The position numbers were made by a program, and so were the translations under genes. Shown here piece by piece: positions 1 through 10,959 of a stretch of DNA of 23,664 nt. Every line of letters begins with the position of its first letter. Within the stretch, counting starts at the first letter, position 1. The DNA is from Octopus sinensis (lineage: Eukaryota), in NCBI RefSeq assembly GCF_006345805.1, contig NW_021836607.1, positions 1 to 23,664 on the forward strand. Reading direction: 5' to 3'. The notes below the pieces were generated by a model, which saw only the letters and a program-made list of their open reading frames with translations, did not search any database and was not told the DNA's origin.

Positions 1-147
1 GTGGCTGTGTGGTAACAAACATGGTTTCAAACAACATAGTCCTCATTTTAGTGCCACTGTGTGGTAACTTGGCATGTGTCTTCTGCTTTAGCTTCAGACC
101 AGCCAAAGCCTTGTCAGTGGATTTTGTAGAAAGAAACAAAGAAATCA

Positions 148-183
<36 letters not shown>

Positions 184-345
184 TGTATATATGTAAGTCT
201 ATGTGTGTGTCTCTGTTTTTCTCCCTCATCACTGCTTCACAGTGTTCGTTTATTTACAGCCCCATAACTTACTGGTGTCACAAGAAGAAACTGATAGAAT
301 AAGTACGAGGCTAATCAAAATTAAAAGAAAAACACTAGGCACTGT
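1..345 (+). mobile_element. Degenerate tRNA-derived SINE, family A (central TA/TG tract)
   Basis: Colinear with the better-preserved copy at 12825-13247 (gtggctgtgtggta head; tgtcttct.ct.tagc; gatagaataagtac). Confidence 0.75.
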
Positions 346-964
346 CTCATATTTTTCTTTGCCCACTCCGTTGTATCTATCAATTTATCTTTGTGTGTGT
401 ATATATATGGATTTCGTAGACAGGAACTGAAACAAATCAATCGTATACATATGTGACCATAAACAGTGGACTTGCTACAAGATCCGCTATGGTCTTATCC
501 ACTACGCCACTGGTTTTCAATTCATATTAATCAAATTAATATTCAATTTTTCACCCTTATTATTTTAAATTTACATGTATATATAGATATATATATATAT
601 ATATATAATATAATATATATATATATATATATATATAGATGTATACATATAGATGTAAATAAAAACATGATGCGAGGGATTCAGCGGTACATATGTTTCG
701 GGCCTTTATTAGACAGATTTATAACAATGCATATGTATGTCTGTGGCCTTCTTCAGCCGCGCACAACAGCTTCCACAAGGACATGTGTTACATCAAAAAT
801 TCTTGGTTGGGGATGCAAATCCTCTCATTCGCGTACGACATAATGCGGCAGCAGCATAGAATTGAAGCGTCCATCTCTTTCTTCTCTCAATTTACTCCAC
901 CACCTACACCACCAAACGGTATACACAGGTGCTTATAATTATCAAGTACTCACCCCGAATTTCT

Positions 965-1044
965 ATAGATGTATACATATAGATGTATATATATGGATGT
1001 AAATATATATATATATACATGTGCATATATATATATGAATGTAT

Positions 1045-1078
<34 letters not shown>

Positions 1079-1246
1079 CATGTATATATATACATGTATA
1101 TGTATACATATATATTTATAGTTGTATATGTATAGATGTATATGTATACATGTATGTGTAGATGTATATATATATATGTAGATGTACATGTAATATGTAC
1201 ACATATAGACATGCATACATATATACACCCATACACACATACACAC
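965..1246. repeat. Degenerate (TA)n/(TATG)n microsatellite
   Basis: Seen directly; source of the spurious Y/I/M/C-rich ORFs. Confidence 0.95.
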
Positions 1247-1247
1247 A

Positions 1248-1555
1248 GGTGCAGGTGTGGCTGTGTGGCAACAAACTTGGTTCCAAATCACATGGTCCTC
1301 AGTTCAATCCCACTATATGTTAACTTGACATGTGTCTTCTGCTATAGCCTCAGACCAACCAAACACTTGTCAGTGGATTCTGTAGGCAGAAACGGAAAGA
1401 AATCAATCGTATATATATGTATGTATATATGTAAGTCTATGTGTGTGTCTTTATGTTTCTCCCTCATCACTGCTTCGCAACTTGTGTTCGTTTATTTACA
1501 TCCCCATAACTTACTGGTGTCACAAGAAGAAACTGATAGAATAAGTAGCAGGCAT
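1248..1555 (+). mobile_element. Degenerate SINE, family A
   Basis: Same blocks as 1-345 and the reverse complement of 12825-13247. Confidence 0.75.
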
Positions 1556-3199
1556 ATGAAAATAAAAAAACCCATTAAGCAGTGTCTCATATTTTTGTTT
1601 TCCCACTCATTTGTATCTATCAATTTATCTTTGTGTGTGTGTGTAACACCCTAATGGGGGCCTTAACTTCCAAATTTTACTAATATCTTTTATGATCCAA
1701 AACTAGGTCAAAAGTACTGAATGGATCTTTAGGAAATTTGGAAGTTATATTCTATGCACAAGGGCCATAACCCCCATGACAATTCATATATTTTTCCTGT
1801 TGGTGAAATTTTAACCATAGAAATTTGACACAAATGAAGTAATTTTTATAAAATTTCATCTTCTTACAAGTTAGAAAGACCCTTCCATGGGAACTTAACA
1901 CCCACCTTTTTGTCACCTTATCTAAGCAAAAACGAATACAGTTGTGCTCTTGGAAGCTGTAGGGTTACCCGAGAATAAAACATGAGCATTATTTGTAATT
2001 CAATGGTATAACAGTGTAACACTTTGCTTTGACATACACTTACATTGTGATTTCTGCAATGTGGTGCATAAATTGTCAAGTAAATGAGAGGCATCTTTGC
2101 CTCCACAGATTCAGTTGCAAAGTGTTGAGTAAAGTTATTTTATTGCAGACCTTCTTTCAATCTTTTTATTATCACTGGGTCACACATAGTCCCCAGATGG
2201 TAACATTGATTTCAAGGCCTTCCCAGATGAGTGACTAGTTATTCAAAGACGTTTATAGATTGCAAATTTATTCTGTCCAGTTACGTATCAGTATAGTGGT
2301 CATTTGCAAACTCCAGAGGTGACACCTTCATTTCTCCTTAGCCCTCACGTCACACAGTTAATGTTTATTTTAGTTGGGCCACGCCCTTCCAATTGCTATA
2401 CATTCGTAATACATCTTACGGCTGTGCCTGTCACCTGGATGGTGAGGAATCCTACATTGGGAGTGGTAACGACTAGGGTAGGGTAGCTGACTGCTTATTG
2501 TGATCGTTTGTCTTTTGGTTTCCTGTAGCTATGCACTCTTTTACAAACCCAGTGAACATATATTTCCTATTTCAAAGAAATTCAAACAATAGATATAAGA
2601 CACAAGTTAAAAAGATTCTCAACAATTCAACTTCTCTGGTTGACATTAAGTTGCCCACTCCCAACAGGGTCCTTAACTCTCACATTTTAGAGCTCCATGA
2701 CCTCCATTTTTCAGGAGCAAAATCCTTTCAACAAGTTCAATAAGACTGGAATTTCAGAATATGCGCATAAAAATCAGTAGTATGGGATACATGTGGCACG
2801 ATTACAATTTCTGTTAGGGTGTGTAAAGCGGGAAATAACCCTCATCTGCAATTTTGATGAAATTCAAAACATAGATATTCCAGTTCCTTACAGAAAATAT
2901 AACAGAAAAGTCTAATTCTTCAATTGCATGTAACACGAACAACGCCTGGTATCTCTGCTAGTAGTAGATATAATTATAATAGATTATATTAAATGAGAAT
3001 ATATTAAAATTAATTAGATTAGCAAGAACTCAATTGATCAGCTTAAAATATATCATAACAGATAAGATTGGTTTTGTACAAATTTGAATCAATTAAATTG
3101 AATTAAATTGAAAGAGAATATATTTAATTTGAATGGATTTGGATTAAATAAAATTGGAATAAGTTAGATATTTATATTGCAACTGAGATATATCCATGA

Positions 3200-3430
3200 G
3201 TTCTTATGTTTGGAAGATAATTTTGGTAATGGTGATGCTTTGTTATCGAGTTCCACACGAAATCTGATACAAGCTCTATTAGTTTTTACAACGCTGAGAT
3301 TAAAGCAGTCGTTAGATTTGAGGTCTTCCAAATTTCTCTTTACATTTCCCTTAAAATTACCCACGGGGTTAAACAGGAAGTGTTTCAGAATCATAGCCAG
3401 TGCTTGATCTACTGACAATTAGAATTATCT
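3200..3430 (-). pseudogene. Probable decayed S2-domain exon of the iGluR
   Basis: Frame from 3418: SVDQALAMILK...RNLEDLKSNDCFNLSVV...RFRVEL..KASPL. Order and spacing match S2 (S.EE(A/G)+..+, LEY+...C.L.V+, GFG+AL, KGSPL), but the key motifs are mutated and no acceptor links it in phase. Confidence 0.5.
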
Positions 3431-3777
3431 CTGTAGTGACGATCAGACAGCAGGTTTGGTGTATACAGTATGGTGCGCGTGGGGGGGGGTTATTCTCCGA
3501 GAAGTGGTCATACTCCTCGACCATCGCACTATAACACACATCACCAAATATTTTCATCTCACTGAATGCAGCAATATCTAACAGTCCAACGCCACAATTC
3601 ATTGGCTGTTCTATGCATAGAGAGGGTCGAGTCGATTTTTCTCATTACCTGCATCAAACTGTGTCCGTTAAGTCAACATGAAAAGCCTGAGCAGCAACAA
3701 CAACAACGACCGATTAACAGAGAACAAACTTTCTCAACAAAAACACGAGCGCGCGAGCACACACACACACATGCGCG

Positions 3778-4028
3778 CATCCCGTGCAAGTGACTGAGTA
3801 TTCCATAGACACGTGTACTCGTCAGGTGGTCCTCGGAGAGATTCAGCGTGACACAGATTGTGACAAGGCTGTCCTTTTGAAATGCGGGTACAACTAATTT
3901 TTGCCAGCTGAGTGGACTGGAGCAACATGAAATAAAGTGTCTTGCTCAAGGACACAATTCGCCGCTGGGAATTCAACTCACGACTTTACGATCGTGAGCT
4001 GAATACCTCTAACCACTAAGCCCCACAT
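3778..4028 (-). mobile_element. tRNA-derived SINE, family C
   Basis: Minus strand: A-box-like TGGGGCTTAGTGG, B-box-like GTTGAATTCC, then GTGTCCTTGAGCAAGACACTT. The body matches 15803-16015. Confidence 0.8.
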
Positions 4029-4167
4029 CACAACACACACACACACGCACACACACACACTCACACAGAGTACACATTTAGTACCGAACGAAGGTGCAGG
4101 TTCTCCCCAGAGCGAACCGTTAAAGAACAACCCACCACACCCAAAAGATACACACAGACATACTTAC

Positions 4168-4388
4168 TAAGAAGGTTCCATAAGTGCTGGAATCGTAAAT
4201 GGCTATGGGTTTGTATTCACAGTCTGGCTGAGAGAGTTGTAACAAGCTCTGTATGGGTGCCACATTGACGGTGATGGTGAGCGTTGAGGCGAGAGTGGCC
4301 GTGTAGTAGTTGATCATCAGAATTATAAACATCCACCAGAAACCGACAAGGAAACGAGCTGTAACCGTTCTTGGTTCGTTGATCACAA
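4168..4388 (-). CDS. iGluR exon 11 (M3, S2 start): (V)[37 protein letters not shown]...[11 protein letters not shown]
   Basis: caacag| acceptor, TTA|gtaagt donor; 221 nt, phase 1 to 0. Confidence 0.95.
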
Positions 4389-4731
4389 CTGTTGAAGGTA
4401 AAGAGTTAATATACCAGTAATAGTTAATGGTGGTGGTGGTGGTGAAGATGGGGCTGGTGGTACTGGTTGATATGATGGTGGTGGTGATGGTGGTGGGGTA
4501 GTGGTGGTGGCATTAATTGTGTTATTAGCAACTGTTGTAGTAGCTGGGATTTACGGTTACCAAAGAAATAGTAGTATTGAACACGTATAGAGTTGTTACG
4601 AAAACAAGGCAGCTGATTATTCACTCCGCAGTTGCTCGGAGTTTCACGCTGCCATCGTTCAGGTCATGTCTTAACTTATTTCATTTCTATATTTTTAGTC
4701 TAAAATCTTATTCATTTGCTTTATCATGTGC

Positions 4732-4776
<45 letters not shown>

Positions 4777-6118
4777 ATTGGTTTCAATTTTTACTACAAG
4801 GCCAGCAATTTTGTGAGATGAGTAAGCTGAGTATATCAATCGTAGTACTCAATTGGTGCTTATTTTATCGGCCCCGAAAGGATGAAAACCAAGGTTGACC
4901 TCGATGCTATTTGAACTCAGAACGTAGCTACGAGCGAAATGCCGCTAAGCATTTCGCCTAGCGTGCTAACGATTCTGCCAACTTGCCGCCTTTGTGTATG
5001 GAAATATTAGAAAGAGAATCGAACATCATAAAATAATAGAAAAATGAAGATCGTGCTGAAGCAAGCAAGAGAAACGTGGTGCTACCTTGTTGCATGTGGT
5101 AAGTGAAAAGCATCCAAAATGTTGAAGCGATTTTATAGTCGTCCTTGTTGCATCCGTCATCGAGAGAAGAATCGTCTGGTCTCAACCAGTTGATGAAGGT
5201 CAAGGTGAAACTAACCAACACAATAACTCCAGCCAGTGCAAGCCACAGCAGGGGTTGAAAAGGTCGCAACATACGAAATGCACTCTCTTCTGAAGCTGCA
5301 GCACTTCTCACCAGAATACTGCGCTTCTCGACGGCAAATGGCACCGTAAACGCTACGGCCTCTTCACGTTCTTCAGTCAGGGTGAACGGTCCGATGGAAA
5401 GATTCAGCTCCTACATGTTGAACAGGGGGAAATAAAAACAAAAATACATTAAATTTAGTTTTACGCTTCTGTAGAAACCCTACCTCAGCAGGGGAAACTC
5501 TCTGCACATCAACAAAAGGTTATGGGTGAAGATGGTTGCTGGAAACTTGATAATAAAACCAATATAAACAGAAAATATAGTCCTTTGGCAGCGGACCTAA
5601 ATTCGTCAACCAAGTGCAGCAAAGTGAGTGGTGGGAAGCACAGTATACTACTCCGGAGTCGAACAAGAAGTATCTTGACGATGACAGTACCGGAGGCGAT
5701 CGTAGAACTACTGTACAAGTGCATAACCGCATTAGTCTAAAGGAGAAATAGTCTGAAGACGAAGTGTGCAATCAGTCCGAAATTCCGTTAGATTTATGGT
5801 GGCTGTGAACATTTCATTTAAAATGACTAACAGAATGTTTATAAAGAATTGCTTCAGAAATGTACAACTCGACTAGAGATTTACATTGATCCTCATAATG
5901 GTTGGTAAATTTTATGTTTTCAAGTATTTCGTTGTTTCGAAAAGATGGGCTTTTCAGGCAAAGAAACAAACCATCCAACATGTAAGTCGTTATTCTAAAT
6001 TCTATTGATGGAACTTTGCTTTAGAAATGATTTCTTTGCGTGAAGAATTCAAATAATTAACTAAAAAGCTACTGTAGATGCACACATATATGCATACATA
6101 ATTCTTACATAACTATAC

Positions 6119-6159
<41 letters not shown>

Positions 6160-6177
6160 AGTACGTATGTGTGTGCT

Positions 6178-6244
<67 letters not shown>

Positions 6245-6572
6245 GAGAGAGAGCGAGAAAGAGAGGGAAGGATACACTTACATACAGACACACACACATA
6301 TATTCATTCACACATACATACAAACACAGACAGACGATCAAATATATATGCATATGGTATCCATTCAATCCAGTAGTAACCACCATCTTCATTTGTGTAG
6401 CCTTTGTTCAAACTGTACATCTCAATTCTTGACGTACAGGTTTCGAGTCACAGACGAGTCATGTCGCTGTTTGCTGGGAGAGGCCAGTTGGAACTCTTCT
6501 TTTTTGTCTTCGTATCACTGATTGCCTTTTTTCTCTCCTCCATCACCGAGACGATAATCATACTGCATTTGT

Positions 6573-6624
<52 letters not shown>

Positions 6625-6909
6625 ACTACTACTACTACTACTACTAGTATTTAGAAAGAAACAACAAAAATGAAGCAAAATTGCAAGTAAATGTTTGACA
6701 ACGTTATTTACATGCCGCATGACCTCTCCAATCAAACCATTCCAACTTCCGTTGGGTTGTTTATTACCGGAAGCTAAATTACTGGTGTCAATTAGTTCGT
6801 ATCTGAAATAAAATAGTCGCAGCAACCATAACAAACAAAATGACATATACATTTGTTATACATGTAGGTAACTGGAATAATATATCAATGATATATAACT
6901 ATATAAAAT

Positions 6910-6941
<32 letters not shown>

Positions 6942-7011
6942 CATACATACATACATACATACATACATACATACATACATACATACATACATACATACAT
7001 ACATACATACA

Positions 7012-7080
<69 letters not shown>

Positions 7081-8656
7081 GGGAATATTATTCCAAACTT
7101 ACAGGGAAAATTAAATTTAGTAATACTAAATCAAATTTCACAAAATATATGTATATAAATTAGAAAAGAATCCATCTTTTATCAATTTAACAATGAAATA
7201 ATTAAATTTTACCAGTGGGACTGAACGCGAAACCATGTGGTTGGGAAGCAATCTTCTTAGCACATAGGCACTCCTGCGCCTTATATGTTTTCTAATTAAA
7301 TACAAGTTAGTTATTATAAATATTCATAATCATGAATGAAGTGGCTAGGCGCAGGAGTGGCTGCGTGGTAAGAAGCTTGCTTCCCAACCACTATGTGCCA
7401 CACCAACACCGATGTTGGTCCCCGTAACATAGTGGTTAGGCAAAAGAGACTGATAAAATAAGTACTAGGATTACGAAATATAAGTCTTGGGGTCGATTTG
7501 TTTGACTAAAGGCGGTGTTCCAGCATGGACGCAGTCAAATGACTGAAACAACTAAAATGATAAAAGAATATGTGATTTTTTTGGCAATTTCGAACGCAAA
7601 GATGCTATCGTAAAGATAGCAAAGATTTGTAGGAGTGGCATCGCTTCAATAAATCAAGTCAATTCACACCAATTATGAACCACCTTATTTAAGTTTTCCT
7701 TTGATATATGCAATATGCGAAACGTTAAAAAAAGGCTTTCATGTATATATGTTAAAATATATATTACAATAGGAGGAGGTACCCAAAAGTAAGCGGAAGC
7801 GTTCTTTGTAGGAGAAGCCTGTAGTAGTTCAGGCTTCCGTCGCTAGAGGCCACTTAAAGCAACCCTCAGGCATCAATCTGCCAACCGGCGTCGTCGAGTG
7901 AAGTCGTGCTGTCACGTGGTGCGTGTTTGTTTTGCAGTGCTTCTCTGCTGTTCGTCGATTTTTGCGATGGCTGAAACGAAGGAACAACATGCTTCCATGA
8001 AATTGTTTCCTGCTGGAGAAAACGGCCGCCGAAACAGTTGCCATGTTTCAAACAGCTTACAAGGACGCTGCCATGAGTAAAACAGAAGTCTACGAGTGGT
8101 TTTGAAACTTTAGGAATGGTCACTTGACGCTTGAAGGCCAACCCCGTTCAGGACGACCGTTGACTTCCCGAACAAACGAAAATATCACAAAAATTCGTGA
8201 ACTGATCTTGGAGGACCGAACAATTGACGAAATTATTGATATGACTGGTGTGTCCTGGAGCTCCTGTCAACGAATTTTGAGCGAAGAATTGCGAATGAAA
8301 AGAGTTGCAGCAAAGTTTGTGCTTCACTTACTCACGGCAAATCAAAAGCAGTCAAGACTGATTGCGTGTCGTGAACTGAAAGGTAAGTTGGAAGTTGATC
8401 CGGATCCTTTTTCGAAAGTCATCAATGGTGACGAAAGCTGGTGCGACGGAATTTGCTGATGTGGAAGTAAGAAACGACAAGGGCGTTAAAAGCATCATTT
8501 CGCAAGAGCTCCAACACTGCTTTGAAAAGTGGAAAACGCGTCTGGACCGATGCAATGCTTCAAATTGAGAATACTTTGAAGGCGATAAAAGTGTAATTAT
8601 GTAAAACTACGTGAATAAAATAATATTCCAGAATTCCGGTTTCTTTTGGGTCCCCC

Positions 8657-8723
<67 letters not shown>

Positions 8724-10923
8724 CGTATACATTTAAAATAAAGTGTTAACATTTATGGCACGCAAATTATGTTCTCTGCAACATTTGTTGAGTATGTAAA
8801 TGGACTGGCTGCTTGTTTCTCTGGAGATGGTCAAATTAATGGAGATACCTCTGATGAGAATCCAATAAGATTCAAAATCGATTAAGCAAAAATCGATTAG
8901 TCGTTATTAACAGGACTTGTTTAGCCCTGTTTATAAAGGTACTATATAAATTTAAATGCATTTATGTTTAAATGAATATACAAAGAACAATTATATTAAT
9001 TACAGAGAAGAAATATTTTTTTAGATTCCTCATACTGAGACTCATCTTCGGAAGTGAAGAAAGAAAAACAACGACAAGGACATTAACAGCAGGAATATCA
9101 TCAATTTACCTAAACTGAAGACTCTCGCTCAATTCTCGTAAGATGTCAATACACAGGCCCTCATATTTGCTATCTTTAATCATAGTGTACGGCTCCGTCT
9201 GAAAGACGATAGTGAATCAGAGAGAGTTAGGAGCATGTAACATAACAACGTCTAGCGTGCGCGTGAGTGTGTGTGTGTGCTGGGGTGGAGTCAGTAGAAG
9301 TCCAAGAGATGAGTGAGCTTTCAATGTTGAGATAACACGATGAAAGAGAGACAGGGGGAGAGATGGGTGGAGAAAGACAGAGAGATGGAGGGAGGGAGAG
9401 CATGTGAAGGGTCTTTTGTTGTCAACACTTATTAACTGAAGTAATATGACATTCCAACTACGACCATCCCATCTGGTATGTCTTGAATTATATCATTATG
9501 CCTTTCATTACTGGTTTCAAATTTTGGTACCTTCCATTTACCAAATTCCATTCACAAGCTATTCACCAAAACGACAGCCAGAGACTGAGGTTTAAAACAT
9601 TGGCCTTGATTGTGAGGAGCAGCGAGATTGAAATTAAAACCTTGTCGTTCAAAACCCATACCACAGACAATGTTTACAGTCATGCTATTAATTTGTACAG
9701 ATATGAACAGAACTATTTTTCCAAAATGAAGAAACGGAAAACCATTTGGAGTATGGCCCTAAATTTTAGATACAGTAGCTAGGAGACATTCTGTGAGGAT
9801 ATTGGTAACACATCCACCACGTAAGTGATAGATATGTTGTTCAAATTTCGCACTGAACCTATTTATTGTCTATCTTTAATGATTTTCTTTCTACTTATAG
9901 GCATAAGGCCTGAAATTGTGGGGGAGGGGTCTAATCGAATATATCAACCCCTGTACACAACCGAAAAAGTGAAAGGCAAAATCGACCTCGGTGAAATTTG
10001 CCCTCAAAACGCAGAGTCGGAAGAAGTGCCGTTAATCATTTTGTCCGGCTTTGTGGTAATCTTTCTATGAGAGGCACAATGCTTGAAATTCAGCGGAAGG
10101 GGACAAGCTAAACTACATCGACCCCAGTATTCAACTGGTACATATTTTATCGATTCTGAAAGGATGAAAGCAAAGTCGATCTCGGTAGAATTTGAACGTA
10201 AGGACGGACGAAATGCTGTCAAATATTTCATCCGTCCTTGCGTTCTGGGCTTATCGGTATTTCGTCTGTCTTTACGTTCTGTGCTCAATTATCCGCACAG
10301 GTCGAATTTGTATTTCATCCTTTTGGAGTACTGGGGTCGATGTAATTCAACTAGTCCCCTCCCTCAAACATTTCAGATCTTGTGCCTATAATAATATAGT
10401 AAGGCGGCGAGTTGGCAGACTCGTTAGCACGCCGGGAAAAATGCTACGCGACATTTCGTCCGTCATTACGTTCTGAGTTCAAATTCCACCGAGGTCGACT
10501 TTGCCTTTCATCCTTTCGGGGTCGACGAAATAAGTACCAGTTGAACATTGGGGTCGATGCCATCGACTAGCTCCCTCCCCCAAAATGTCAAGTCTTGTAC
10601 CTATAGTAGAAAGGATTATTATTATCATTATTATTATTATTATTATTATTATTTAAGGCAGTGAGTTGGCAGAATTTTAGCACGCTGGACGAAATGCTTA
10701 GCGGTATTTCGCCCGTCGCACTTTCTGAGTTCAAGTTCCGCCGAAGTCGATTTTGGCTTTCATTCTTTCGGGGGTCGAGAAATTATGTACCAGTGAAGCA
10801 CTTGGGGTCGATGTAATCGAATTAATCCCCTCTTCCAAGCTGTCCTTGTTGCAAAAATTTGAAATCATCATTATTTTTTTCTTCTTTCTTCAAATTTTCT
10901 TCCATATCTCGCCGAGTGTTTTG

Positions 10924-10959
<36 letters not shown>

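Noticed and set aside
690-969. Possible final iGluR exon: tag|G TGG TGG (K/R-WW-like) at ~892 minus, and the plus-strand 81-aa ORF
   Set aside because: What follows WW contains stops and no hydrophobic M4 in any frame; the plus ORF resembles nothing I recognise. A heavily decayed exon cannot be fully excluded.
1664-1747. 14-bp perfect inverted repeat (taacttccaaattt / aaatttggaagtta)
   Set aside because: Short, AT-rich, with no TSD or second copy visible; not distinguishable from chance or old repeat debris.
3649-3686. Mini-exon cag|GCT...TGC AG|gtaatg as the link between exon 11 and the S2 remnant
   Set aside because: Contains an in-frame TGA and is not S2-like.
3960-4028. tRNA-like sequences (also 13180-13247, 19915-19995, 17668-17740)
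   Set aside because: A and B boxes are present, but there is no complete cloverleaf and each continues into a SINE body.
4424-4624. Poly-His, poly-Leu, poly-Ser and poly-Ile ORF tails (also 6404-6673, 6448-6700, 13820-14026, 14961-15150)
   Set aside because: Trinucleotide microsatellites in introns; where real exons are involved, the ORF has read through the splice donor.
4990-5095. GluA2-style Q/R editing via an intronic complementary sequence
   Set aside because: The CAA codon could in principle be edited to Arg, but I found no sequence in the adjacent intron complementary to the exon end; the nearby SINE does not pair with the exon.
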